64,000 nucleotides of DNA, taken from an uncultured Gammaproteobacteria bacterium. GTDB lineage: Bacteria > Pseudomonadota > Gammaproteobacteria > GCA-001735895. Shown here piece after piece: positions 25,773-35,549 of the stretch. The stretch lies in the NCBI GenBank assembly GCA_964488685.1, contig CAZAVY010000003.1, forward strand, positions 1,106 to 65,105, in the 5' to 3' direction. The notes under the pieces are model-generated. The model worked only from the letters and a program-made list of their open reading frames with translations. It had not been told where the DNA came from and did no database searches. How positions within the stretch are numbered: the stretch's first letter is position 1; the number at the start of each line of letters is the position of its first letter. A program made the position numbers and the translations under genes.

Positions 25773-27956
25773 TTGCTGCGTTCACGCCATTTCCTGTTGG
25801 CAGGTTTGATAACTGCACTGTTTCATCAGCCCGGCTCCACTGCCGAGGACTGGAGTCTGTGTCGTATTCCTTCATTTAACTTCCTCGAGACCGAAAATCT
25901 CGCCGGGGACGAAACCCTGATCGAAGCACAAACCCTGCTCAGTGAAGACAGCGAATCGATTCATCTGAGCGGTGATGTCAGCCTCACCCGGGAACGCCAG
26001 CGAATAAATGCGGATGACATCCTGTTTGATAAATCGACCGAGAAAATCAGTGCCCGGGGAAACGTCGTATTTGCCGACCCAAACTACCGCCTGTGGAGTC
26101 CGCAAATCTGGATCGACAATCAAAACGACAGTGCCTTGTTTGAACAACCTGAGTTCGAACTGCAAAATCAGCACGCACGCGGACAGGCCGACAAAATCGA
26201 GAAACTCGACCCGTATCGCAGTCTCTACAGCGATCTTACCTATACCTCCTGCGATCCGGACGACAGCGTCTGGCATCTAGCTGCCAGTGAACTGGAAATA
26301 AACACCGAGACCGGGCGCGGCACCGCAATACATGCCACTTTGTATTTCAGGCAGGTCCCTTTCCTGTATTTACCCTATTTCCAGTTTCCGATAGACGACC
26401 GCCGGGTGTCGGGTATTCTTACCCCGAGCATAGGCTTCGATGAATCCAATGGTACAACCGTGGTATTGCCTGTTTACTGGAATATCGCGCCCAACTACGA
26501 TATGACCATTACGCCGGTCTATTTTAGTGATCGCGGTCTGCAGCTCAATACCGAAAATCGCTACCTGCTCAAGAACAACCAGGGGCAGCTCGATTTATCC
26601 TACCTCGATGACGATGAGGTGGATGATTCACGCCGGTTTCAGCAATGGCATCACAAGGCAAGGTTTTCCGACCGGGTTAAGGCTGAATTGTTACTGGTGG
26701 AAGTCTCGGACAGAGACTTTTTTGACGACTTTAAAAATGTCGCTCCCGAGTACAACAATACACGCCACCTGGAACGATGCATCAGTTTCTCGGGCAACGG
26801 TGAGGTATGGCATAGCGAACTTTTATTTCAGGATTATCAGACCCCGGATGAAGATACTGTAATCGGGAATCGACCTTACAATAGTTTGCCGCGCCTTTCC
26901 CTCGAGGCGAATCCGGAACCGTGGATCGAAGCACTGCAAACACCGCTACAAATGGAATGGGTGCGTTTTGATCGTGATGACAGCGTCACCGGAAACCGTG
27001 CCCACATCGTATCTTCGGTTAACTGGAGAGCTGCCGAAAGCTGGTATTTTTTCGAGCCTCGGCTGCAACTCGCATTCACCGACTATCGGCTCGACAACAA
27101 TCCGAATGGCAATTCTATTGCGCGTGCATTGCCGACCCTCAGCCTCGACTCAGGACTGATATTTGAACGTCAGGCCGGTTCCGGAAATCAATGGCTGCAA
27201 ACGCTCGAACCCAGGCTCTACTTTCTTCATACGCCATTTGAAGACCAGGACGACATCCCTGATTTTGATACCTCCCTGAATTCCAGAACTTACAGTAACC
27301 TGTTCACCAACAATCGTTTTACCGGGGCCGATCGGATCGGAGACGCAAACCAGGTCACCTTCGGCCTTACCAGCCGGATATTTGACAATGACAACGGTGC
27401 TGAACTGCTACGGGCGCGAATAGGCCAGATTTTCTTCTTCGAGGATCGCCGGGTCAGCCTGGATGGTGTTGTCGACGAGGATTCCAAATCCGACCTTATA
27501 TCAGAACTCGATATCTGGCCCTATCCCGGTCTGGGCCTTTCAGCGCGCCTTGTATACGACCAGGATCAGAGTGAACTGAGCGAAAGGAATTTATCGATTA
27601 GCTATAGCAATCGCGGCGTTGCCGCAAACTTCGGCTACTATTTTAGCGAAGATGAAATCGAACAGGCACTGCTGTCCGTGGTCTATCCGGTTAACGAGCG
27701 CTGGGCGGTGGTTGCCAAATATCATCGTTCATTGTTGTTTGACCAACCCGTTGAGCATTTACTCGGATTAAACTATGAATCCTGTTGCTGGGGACTTAAA
27801 ATACTGGCCGGGCAGACTGGAGATGAAATAGACGACTTTGCCGAAACCGACTCCAGTATATACTTTGAATTCACATTCAAGGGCTTGAGTCAGGCAGGTC
27901 AGGATGTCGACAGACAGCTGCAGGACGCTATCCCCGGTTATTATCCGAAATTTTGA
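25773..27956 (+). CDS. lptD: LPS-assembly protein LptD
   Basis: 727 aa with a TTG start and a signal peptide. The size and the lptD-surA-pdxA-rsmA synteny fit, as does the C-terminal beta-barrel-like sequence. Confidence 0.9.
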   Translation: MLRSRHFLLAGLITALFHQPGSTAEDWSLCRIPSFNFLETENLAGDETLIEAQTLLSEDSESIHLSGDVSLTRERQRINADDILFDKSTEKISARGNVVFADPNYRLWSPQIWIDNQNDSALFEQPEFELQNQHARGQADKIEKLDPYRSLYSDLTYTSCDPDDSVWHLAASELEINTETGRGTAIHATLYFRQVPFLYLPYFQFPIDDRRVSGILTPSIGFDESNGTTVVLPVYWNIAPNYDMTITPVYFSDRGLQLNTENRYLLKNNQGQLDLSYLDDDEVDDSRRFQQWHHKARFSDRVKAELLLVEVSDRDFFDDFKNVAPEYNNTRHLERCISFSGNGEVWHSELLFQDYQTPDEDTVIGNRPYNSLPRLSLEANPEPWIEALQTPLQMEWVRFDRDDSVTGNRAHIVSSVNWRAAESWYFFEPRLQLAFTDYRLDNNPNGNSIARALPTLSLDSGLIFERQAGSGNQWLQTLEPRLYFLHTPFEDQDDIPDFDTSLNSRTYSNLFTNNRFTGADRIGDANQVTFGLTSRIFDNDNGAELLRARIGQIFFFEDRRVSLDGVVDEDSKSDLISELDIWPYPGLGLSARLVYDQDQSELSERNLSISYSNRGVAANFGYYFSEDEIEQALLSVVYPVNERWAVVAKYHRSLLFDQPVEHLLGLNYESCCWGLKILAGQTGDEIDDFAETDSSIYFEFTFKGLSQAGQDVDRQLQDAIPGYYPKF

Positions 27957-27972
27957 ATATCGCAGGTTGTAG

Positions 27973-29253
27973 ATGACAAAAATTTTGTTGCTAGTAGTTG
28001 CTATTCTCGGCGCATCGCCGTTTATCCAAGCGGTGGCCGCGGCAGAAATCAAACTCGACTCCATTGTTGCTATCGTGGATGAAAGCGTTATTACCGTTCG
28101 CGAGCTGGAGGATCGAATTGACCTGATAAAATCAGACTTCACCATGTCAAATCGGAAGGTCCCGGACGCGGACGTGCTGCGGCGTCAGGTGCTCGAAAAC
28201 CTGATAAGCGACGCCATTTTATTGCAGGAAGCGAATCGACGAGGCATCAAGATAACCGACAGCCAACTCAACCAGGCCATGCAAGGCCTGGCGCGCAAAA
28301 ACAATTTAAGCCTGTCGGAATACCGAAAAACGCTCATCGTGGACGGTCTGGATTATGACAATTACCGAGAGACTATCCGCGCTGAAATGACCATTAGCAC
28401 TCTGGGCCGGCAATATAGCCAGCGCAACACTAACATTAGCGATACCGAAGTTGATGATTTCATCAAACTCAGCAACGAAGATAACACCAGCTACGAGTAT
28501 CGCCTGTCGCATATACTGATCGCACTCCCCGACGCCGCCACTCCCCGGCAGGTTAGCAAGGCACAAAAAGTCGCCGAAGAAATTTTGATCGAGCTCGAAC
28601 AGGGGTCGCAGTTCGATGAACTGGCGAATACCTTTTCTGCAGGTGATACCGCGTTACAGGGTGGTGACCTGGGGTGGCGCAAGAAGGCCGAAATTCCAAG
28701 CTTGTTCACCGCCCGGGTTTTAGTTATGGAGCCGGGCGGTCACGCCGGACCGATTCGTAGTGCCAGTGGATTTCATATCGTCCACCTCGATGAGCGACGC
28801 GACCTCGAGCAGACAATTACCCGGCAAACCCGTAGTCGGCACATACTGATCAAACCCAACGAACTGGTTTCCGAGGAAGAAGCACGCAATCGACTGCTTG
28901 ATTTTCGCCGGCGAATTCTGGATGGCGAAAATTTCGAGCGCCTGGCAAGACTTTACTCGGTCGACTACGCTTCCGGCGCCGACGGCGGGGAGATAGGGTG
29001 GATGGAATCCGGTAAAACCGTCAAGGAATATGAGACCGCGGTGAATCTACTTAAAGAAGGCGAACTCAGCCAGCCGATTCGCAGTCAGTTCGGCTGGCAC
29101 CTGATCGAAGTTACCGGTCGGCGCAGTATCGATGAGACCGAGCAAAACAAGCGCGATAAAATATTCTCGCAACTGCTGCAACAGAAGCGAAATGAAGTGT
29201 TTGATCTCTGGAAACGCCATCTCAGAGATGAAGCTTACGTTTCGTTTCCCTAA
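27973..29253 (+). CDS. surA: periplasmic chaperone / peptidyl-prolyl isomerase SurA
   Basis: 426 aa. Signal peptide and two parvulin PPIase repeats (GGDLGW, FHIVHL / GEIGW, FGWHLIEV). Confidence 0.9.
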   Translation: MTKILLLVVAILGASPFIQAVAAAEIKLDSIVAIVDESVITVRELEDRIDLIKSDFTMSNRKVPDADVLRRQVLENLISDAILLQEANRRGIKITDSQLNQAMQGLARKNNLSLSEYRKTLIVDGLDYDNYRETIRAEMTISTLGRQYSQRNTNISDTEVDDFIKLSNEDNTSYEYRLSHILIALPDAATPRQVSKAQKVAEEILIELEQGSQFDELANTFSAGDTALQGGDLGWRKKAEIPSLFTARVLVMEPGGHAGPIRSASGFHIVHLDERRDLEQTITRQTRSRHILIKPNELVSEEEARNRLLDFRRRILDGENFERLARLYSVDYASGADGGEIGWMESGKTVKEYETAVNLLKEGELSQPIRSQFGWHLIEVTGRRSIDETEQNKRDKIFSQLLQQKRNEVFDLWKRHLRDEAYVSFP

Positions 29254-29262
29254 AGAATCCTG

Positions 29263-30246
29263 ATGTACCTACCCCGGATCATAATCACCTCTGGAGAACC
29301 TGCCGGTATCGGTCCGGACATTATCGCTAGCATCGATCCCGGCAGGTTTGATGCGCGCCTGGTTGTTATCGGCGACCGTGAAATGCTGCAAACACGAGCC
29401 ACGGCACTGGGATCAAAAATTGAGTTCGTCACTTATGCCGACGCGAAACCTTCCGCCACAAAAATCGAGATCATCGACCAACCTCTTTTGCAGCCTTGTA
29501 ACCCCGGTCAGATCGATCGCGACAACGTACCCTATGTTCTGAAGATTCTGGAAATAGCATGCCAGGCATGCCTGGACAACCAATTCGACGCCATGGTTAC
29601 CGCCCCGATACAAAAGGAAATAATCAACCGGGCCGGAGTTGCCTTCACCGGTCACACCGAGTACCTGGCGGAAATCTGCAAATCGCCCAGGCCGGTGATG
29701 TTATTAATCGTGGATCAGCTCAAAGTTGCGCTGGTGACTACCCATTTACCCCTGCGACAGGTGGCAGATGCAATCGATGAAAAAACCATCCGCGAGGTCA
29801 TCGAAACTATTGATCGCGATCTAGGTAACCGCTTCGGCATAATACATCCACATATCAAGGTCTGCGGCCTCAATCCACACGCCGGGGAAAATGGATATCT
29901 CGGTCACGAAGAAGTCGAAATTATCATCCCGGCGCTAGATGCACTTAAATCCAGGGGCATTAATACCAGCGGGCCCTACCCTGCCGACACCCTGTTTACC
30001 AGTCACGGGTTGGCAGATGCCGACGCGGTAGTGGCGATGTATCACGATCAGGGTTTGCCGGTGCTGAAACATGTCGGTTTTCACAACGCCGTCAACACCA
30101 CCCTTGGACTGCCCATTATTCGCACTTCGGTCGATCACGGCACGGCGCTCGACCTCGCCGGCACCGCAGGGGCCAGACCTGATAGTTTGTTCGCAGCAAT
30201 CGACTCTGCGATTTCCCAGGTGGGCTACCAGTCAGAAATCCTCTGA
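29263..30246 (+). CDS. pdxA: 4-hydroxythreonine-4-phosphate dehydrogenase
   Basis: 327 aa. Motifs ITSGEPAGIGPD, GHTEYL, LNPHAGE and SVDHGTA. Confidence 0.95.
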   Translation: MYLPRIIITSGEPAGIGPDIIASIDPGRFDARLVVIGDREMLQTRATALGSKIEFVTYADAKPSATKIEIIDQPLLQPCNPGQIDRDNVPYVLKILEIACQACLDNQFDAMVTAPIQKEIINRAGVAFTGHTEYLAEICKSPRPVMLLIVDQLKVALVTTHLPLRQVADAIDEKTIREVIETIDRDLGNRFGIIHPHIKVCGLNPHAGENGYLGHEEVEIIIPALDALKSRGINTSGPYPADTLFTSHGLADADAVVAMYHDQGLPVLKHVGFHNAVNTTLGLPIIRTSVDHGTALDLAGTAGARPDSLFAAIDSAISQVGYQSEIL

Positions 30247-30252
30247 CCCGTA

Positions 30253-31050
30253 ATGCGAAGCACAGAGGATCCGGCAATGCACCAGGCGCGTAAACGATTC
30301 GGCCAGCATTTCCTGCATGATCGAAATATTATCGAATCGATTCTGCGTGTGGTGGATCCTCGTCCCGGCGAGAACATAATCGAGATTGGTCCCGGACAGG
30401 GTGCGTTGACCTACCCTTTGCTACAACGCTGCGAAATACTTCTCGCGATCGAAATCGATCGCGATCTGGTGCCAATCCTGCAACGCAAAGCCACCGAATT
30501 CGGTCGGCTCGAGATTATCAATGCGGATGTGCTTGAATTCAATCTATCCAGTCTACCCGGAGACAAGCGTTATCGATTGGTCGGTAATCTTCCTTACAAT
30601 ATATCAACAGCACTCATGTTTCATTTACTTGATTCGGTGCAACACATTCAGGACATGCATTTCATGGTGCAAAAGGAAGTTGCGCTACGAATTGTTGCCA
30701 GCCCGGGAGACGACAATTACGGTCGTCTTTCCGTGATGCTCCAGTACCGATGCGATGGCCAGTACCTTTTGGAGGTCGCACCGGAATGTTTCAGCCCGCC
30801 TCCGAAAGTTGATTCTGCGGTTATTCGCATGATCCCGTTGAGCAGTCCCCGGCATGAGGTTGGTGACTACAGCCACTTTTCAAAGGTTGTAAAGATGGCT
30901 TTCAGTCAACGCCGAAAAACAATTTCAAATTCACTGAAACCGATTTTTACCCGGGAACAGATCGAGGCATGCGAAATCGATCCCGGGTTGCGCGCCGAAG
31001 AACTTGCACTCGCCGATTTCGCCAAATTAAGCAGCGCATTTATCGAATGA
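30253..31050 (+). CDS. rsmA: 16S rRNA (adenine1518/1519-N6)-dimethyltransferase
   Basis: 265 aa. Motifs ARKRFGQHFL, EIGPGQGALT and GNLPYNIST. The start may instead be the Met at 30277. Confidence 0.95.
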   Translation: MRSTEDPAMHQARKRFGQHFLHDRNIIESILRVVDPRPGENIIEIGPGQGALTYPLLQRCEILLAIEIDRDLVPILQRKATEFGRLEIINADVLEFNLSSLPGDKRYRLVGNLPYNISTALMFHLLDSVQHIQDMHFMVQKEVALRIVASPGDDNYGRLSVMLQYRCDGQYLLEVAPECFSPPPKVDSAVIRMIPLSSPRHEVGDYSHFSKVVKMAFSQRRKTISNSLKPIFTREQIEACEIDPGLRAEELALADFAKLSSAFIE

Positions 31051-31538
31051 CTCGTCTTTCCCTGATCGCTGCGATGGATGACAACCGCCTGATTGGTCGC
31101 AGTAACAGCCTGCCGTGGCAACTGCCTGCGGACCTCGCGTACTTCAAACGCGCGACCATGGGGAAACCGATCATCATGGGCCGAAAAACTTTCGAATCGA
31201 TCGGTAAACCGTTACCCGGCCGACAAAATATCGTGATTACCCGCGACCCGGGATTTTCCGCCGAAGGTTGCGAGCTGGCAGACAGTATCGGGTCTGCCAT
31301 GGCATTGGCGGGGGATGTTGATGAAGTGATGCTGATCGGTGGTTCGAGTTTGTATCGACAAACCATCGGCCAGGCGACAGGTCTCTATATCACACGGATC
31401 CACCATGTGTTTGAGGGTGACACCTGGTTCCCGGAGTTTGATTTGAATGATTGGAAGGAAAAAAATCGAGAAGACTTTGAAGCGGATCACAGCAATCCAT
31501 TCGCCTATTCATTTATAAAATTTGTGCGAGAATTTTGA
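31047..31538 (+). CDS. folA: dihydrofolate reductase
   Basis: Internal Met of ORF 30969..31538. Motifs MTRLSLIAAMDDNRLIG, LPW, MGRKTFESIGKPLPGR and IGG. Its ATG overlaps the rsmA stop (ATGA). Confidence 0.9.
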   Translation: MTRLSLIAAMDDNRLIGRSNSLPWQLPADLAYFKRATMGKPIIMGRKTFESIGKPLPGRQNIVITRDPGFSAEGCELADSIGSAMALAGDVDEVMLIGGSSLYRQTIGQATGLYITRIHHVFEGDTWFPEFDLNDWKEKNREDFEADHSNPFAYSFIKFVREF

Positions 31539-31587
31539 ATTTATTTGCGGTAGACTGAATCGCCCGCAAGTAAGAGGGAAGCCCTAT

Positions 31588-31905
31588 ATGGACAAAGATC
31601 TAAACCCGGGAGTAAAGCGAATGGATAGCAAAACTTACATTATCGGCAGGGAGGGTCATATTTATATCAATGATCCGACGGTCAGTAAACAACACGCCGA
31701 AATTCAGGTTATCAATGGTGAGGTGTACCTGCGTGACCTCGATTCGACCAACGGAACCTTTCTAATAAAAAATAATCGACTGGTGCCTTTCCGTGAAGGC
31801 TATGTACAGGTGCATCAACCCATAGTATTGGGCAACCGGCAGTATACGATTCAAAGCCTGTTGGAAATCGCCGGCGCTTTCGCCGCGCAGAGCGGCGACT
31901 CTTGA
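31588..31905 (+). CDS. small FHA-domain protein
   Basis: YIIGREGHIYINDPTVSKQHAEIQVINGEVYLRDLDSTNGTFL is a complete FHA signature. The start is either the Met at 31588 (agaggga upstream) or the Met at 31621 (ggag upstream). Confidence 0.75.
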   Translation: MDKDLNPGVKRMDSKTYIIGREGHIYINDPTVSKQHAEIQVINGEVYLRDLDSTNGTFLIKNNRLVPFREGYVQVHQPIVLGNRQYTIQSLLEIAGAFAAQSGDS

Positions 31906-32010
31906 AGCCTGTTTTGTTTCAGTAGTTGCCCGGTTAAGCAAGCTCGGCTTTGATCGGCAACCCATTACAGCAACCCTAACCCGCCGGTAGTATCTGACTG
32001 CAGCGACAAG

Positions 32011-33024
32011 TTACAAACCCACGGCAAGCAATAACAGCCCAACAATCCACATCCAGGAATTTGAAGATTGCTCTTTATCCTGATCCACCATTTTTTGCGG
32101 GATGCCAGCATTGAATTTTTGCACTTCTTCCGCGTCCAGGAAGCCGACAGGCGGCGGCGCTTCTTCCTCAATAATCAAGGTTTCCGTGGTTGCCGTGCCG
32201 TACTCTCCCATCGCCATCAGAATTTGAATCTCTTCATTCGTGGTGAGCGTAATCGACCCTTCGAGAACCACCGCATGCAGTTTTGCCCGAGGATGGTTGC
32301 GACTGACGGTCTGAGTACAATCATCGGCATTACACAATTTGATTACATACTCGGTACCCCGGATACCAATCGTCGCAAGACCGGTTTGTAATTGGTAATG
32401 GGCAACCGCACTATCTCCAATCGCCCCGGTAATTTTACGCAAACCCCCGCGCAACAAATCAAGAATACTGCTGCTGCTGTTGTCATAGCCGGTTGTAATT
32501 ACGTACTCGCTAATCTTAAGCACCGAGTCTTCTTTCAAATGAATCTCGGCAGTATCATCCATGAGTATGTAGACGCTTGCACCCGGTTCGGTTTCGAGCC
32601 GGTCGCCCTCGAATATTTGCGAGTTGATTTGCAACAGCCGCACCCTGCCATTGGTATCCCGGGCGGTCGCCTTACCCCCCATCTGAGCGACAAAACCAAC
32701 TTTGATCCTGGGTGTCAAATCTTTCTGCTCGTAGATTCGCTTGATATCCACCAGTTTCAAGCGCACACCGGGTATCAATCGATCCGAATACTGAACAAAT
32801 GAATAGGGGTTTGTTTCGATCAGTTTTTGCTTGATCTGCGGCCAGAGAACCTTATCTTTCGGATAGACTCGCTCGATAATTTGATCGATCGACATCCCCG
32901 CAGTAATTTTCAGAATAACCCTCGAGGATGGGACCAATTCGATAGTGGCGGCATTTACCACCGGTTGGAACGTGGTGTACGACAACAGTGCCAACAATAG
33001 ACTAAACAGTAGATTCTTGTTCAA
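32011..33024 (-). CDS. exported FecR-domain protein with C-terminal membrane anchor
   Basis: 337 aa. Signal peptide MNKNLLFSLLLALLSYTTFQPVVNA and a weak LysM/FimV-like N-terminal segment. The FecR-type core is IFEGDRLETEPGASVYILMDDTAEIHLKEDSVLKI...TIGIRGTEYVIKLCNADDC. A hydrophobic stretch WMWIVGLLLLAVGL lies at the extreme C-terminus. Confidence 0.7.
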   Translation of the reverse strand: MNKNLLFSLLLALLSYTTFQPVVNAATIELVPSSRVILKITAGMSIDQIIERVYPKDKVLWPQIKQKLIETNPYSFVQYSDRLIPGVRLKLVDIKRIYEQKDLTPRIKVGFVAQMGGKATARDTNGRVRLLQINSQIFEGDRLETEPGASVYILMDDTAEIHLKEDSVLKISEYVITTGYDNSSSSILDLLRGGLRKITGAIGDSAVAHYQLQTGLATIGIRGTEYVIKLCNADDCTQTVSRNHPRAKLHAVVLEGSITLTTNEEIQILMAMGEYGTATTETLIIEEEAPPPVGFLDAEEVQKFNAGIPQKMVDQDKEQSSNSWMWIVGLLLLAVGL

Positions 33025-33205
33025 AATTTATCTCGTTAAAGGAGGACTTACCGGTAAAATTATAGTTGTTAACTCACTGAAAATAGCGAAAAACATTGCA
33101 ATAACCCTTAACCGTGATGCAAAAGTGAATTAATTAACGCAGCGGCATCGCCCCTGTCGATGTGAATAGATTTAACTACGCGTCACAACGCTTGATAAAC
33201 ATAGT

Positions 33206-33333
33206 GTCATTCCCGTGCAATTGAGTTTATAACATCAGACCCATCTGCCCGGTACAACAACTCGGTCATTCCCGCGAAAGCAGGAATCTCAAAACCGCCA
33301 TCTCTGCAACATCCCCGCTTTCGCGGTGATGAC
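33206..33333. repeat. REP cluster
   Basis: gtcattcccgtgcaa (partial), gtcattcccgcgaaagcaggaatc (about 33265-33288) and catccccgctttcgcggtgatgac (about 33310-33333). Confidence 0.7.
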
Positions 33334-33474
33334 TTTATGGAACCGCGGGTATGACTCTCAACAGTAAGAACCATTGGGGTTCGACCGATTAATCAGGCCT
33401 TTCAAAAACCGAACTCTGAGGGAAGGACAGGTAGTTTTCGGAATTATTGAATTTTTAGCGAATTTACCGATTTT

Positions 33475-34323
33475 TTAGTTTCCTTTGGCGCTTTTACCGG
33501 GCTTTACATTCTGCGGATCGACAAAATACCAGTCTTCCGCCTCATTATCGATGCGTAGCGCCACCAGGTGCCCACCCCAGACACAGCCCCCATCCAATGC
33601 GAAATAGCGCCCGTAACAACCGACCGGAAGGGTTGACCAATGCCCGAAATAAACCCGTACCTCGTTTCTCAGTTTCACCGGCATCTGGTACCAGGGAGTC
33701 AGTCCGCTGCGCAGGTGTTGGCGCGGGCTGCCATTTGCGACGAAATCAAGTTTGTGCCTGGTTTTAAAAAATCGCATGCGCGTAAAAGCGTTGGTGATAA
33801 AGCGCAATCTGCGCGCGCCCTTTAGATCATCCGACCAGGCAGCAGGTTTGTTTCCATACATTTTTTCGAAAAACCAGCCTGCATTTTTACCGCGTAACAC
33901 CGCTTCAACTTCGGCTGCCAGTTTCCTCGCCTTACTAAGACCCCAGGCAGGGTGGATACCGGCATGCACCAGGACTGCTTTTTGGTTCCGGTCGTAATGC
34001 AACAGCGGCTGAACCTGTAACCAGTCAATCAACTCATCACGATCGGGGCTTTTGAGTATTTTCTTCAGGTTGCGGGTATCACGCACCTTTTTAACGCCGT
34101 GATGCAGTGCAAGCAAATGCAGATCATGATTGCCGAGCACGACCAGTGCACTGTCGCCGAGGGATTTAACCAGGCGCAGTGTTTGCAACGACTCCGGGCC
34201 ACGGTTAACGAGGTCCCCACAAAACCACACGCTGTCCCGTGAAGAGTCGAAATTAATTTTCTCGAGCAAACGACAGAGCTCGGTGTAACAGCCCTGAACA
34301 TCGCCTATCGCATAGATAGCCAC
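33475..34323 (-). CDS. apaH: bis(5'-nucleosyl)-tetraphosphatase (symmetrical)
   Basis: 282 aa. Motifs YAIGDVQGC, GDLVNRGP and GNHD, downstream of apaG. Confidence 0.9.
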   Translation of the reverse strand: MAIYAIGDVQGCYTELCRLLEKINFDSSRDSVWFCGDLVNRGPESLQTLRLVKSLGDSALVVLGNHDLHLLALHHGVKKVRDTRNLKKILKSPDRDELIDWLQVQPLLHYDRNQKAVLVHAGIHPAWGLSKARKLAAEVEAVLRGKNAGWFFEKMYGNKPAAWSDDLKGARRLRFITNAFTRMRFFKTRHKLDFVANGSPRQHLRSGLTPWYQMPVKLRNEVRVYFGHWSTLPVGCYGRYFALDGGCVWGGHLVALRIDNEAEDWYFVDPQNVKPGKSAKGN

Positions 34324-34334
34324 GGTGCCGAAAT

Positions 34335-34718
34335 CTAATGCAGTACTCGGGGGATTGACAGGATAAACTCGTTGATTGTTGCATCGAAGTGGGAGCCATC
34401 GTCAGCCAGCATCTGGTAACTGCCTTTCATGGTGCCGACCGCGGTTTCCAGCATGGTGCCGGAAGTGTATACGAACTGCTCCCCGGGTTTCAGTAACGGT
34501 TGCTCGCCGACCACGCCGTCGCCTCGCACCTCCTGAACCTTGTGATTGGAATCGGTGATAACCCAGTGGCGGGTTAAAAGTTGCGCACTCTGACTACCCT
34601 TGTTTTGAATCGTGATCGTGTAGGCGAATACATAGTAGTTTTGCTCGGGATTCGATTGGTCTTCGATGTATCGGGTCTTGACATCGACCTCGATATTATT
34701 TTGTGCAGGTTGATTCAT
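34335..34718 (-). CDS. apaG: ApaG (DUF525) protein
   Basis: 127 aa. Motifs YVFAYTITIQNKG, QLLTRHWVITD and GVVGEQP. Confidence 0.9.
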   Translation of the reverse strand: MNQPAQNNIEVDVKTRYIEDQSNPEQNYYVFAYTITIQNKGSQSAQLLTRHWVITDSNHKVQEVRGDGVVGEQPLLKPGEQFVYTSGTMLETAVGTMKGSYQMLADDGSHFDATINEFILSIPRVLH

Positions 34719-34754
34719 TTAGTTTTTTTATCCGGTTTATCTTTTTAGCCTGCA

Positions 34755-35549
34755 TTATACCGCGACTGCCGCTTTGATGTGCTCGTGACATCGGTAGTTT
34801 TTTAGCTCAAAGTCTTCGAAACTAAACTCGAACAGGTCTTTTACCTCTGAATTCAGCGCCATCGCCGGCAACGCAAACGGTTCACGCTCGAGTTGCAGGC
34901 GAGCTTGCGACAAGTGATTGGTGTAGAGGTGAGCATCACCCAGGGTATGCACGAAATCTCCCGGCTTCAACCCCGTTACCTGAGCAACCATCATCAACAG
35001 CAAGGCGTAGGATGCGATGTTAAACGGTACCCCCAGGAAAATATCTGCGCTACGCTGATACAGCTGGCAGGACAGGCACCCATCGACAACATAGAACTGG
35101 AAGAACGCATGACATGGCGGCAGCGCCATATTTTCTATTTCACCCACATTCCAGGCGCTTACGATCAGCCGGCGTGAATTCGGATTGTCGTGAATATTGT
35201 TTACCAGTTGCTGGATTTGATCGACGACATGGCCATCTGCAGCGCGCCACGAACGCCACTGCGCTCCATAAACCGGCCCGAGATCGCCATTTTCGTCCGC
35301 CCATTCATCCCAGATCCGAACCTTGTTTTGCGCCAGGTAGGCAATATTGGTTTCGCCCTGTAAAAACCACAAAAGTTCGTGGATGATCGAACGCAGATGG
35401 AGTCTCTTTGTGGTGACAAGCGGAAATCCCTGACCTAAATCAAAGCGCATCTGGTAACCAAACACCGATAGCGTGCCGGTACCGGTACGATCACCTTTCT
35501 CGCTACCGTTATTGAGGACATGTCGCATCAGGTCAAGATATTGGTGCAT
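34755..35549 (-). CDS. thyA: thymidylate synthase
   Basis: Internal Met of ORF 34755..35570 gives [26 protein letters not shown]. Also LPPCH and [12 protein letters not shown]. Confidence 0.95.
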   Translation of the reverse strand: MHQYLDLMRHVLNNGSEKGDRTGTGTLSVFGYQMRFDLGQGFPLVTTKRLHLRSIIHELLWFLQGETNIAYLAQNKVRIWDEWADENGDLGPVYGAQWRSWRAADGHVVDQIQQLVNNIHDNPNSRRLIVSAWNVGEIENMALPPCHAFFQFYVVDGCLSCQLYQRSADIFLGVPFNIASYALLLMMVAQVTGLKPGDFVHTLGDAHLYTNHLSQARLQLEREPFALPAMALNSEVKDLFEFSFEDFELKNYRCHEHIKAAVAV

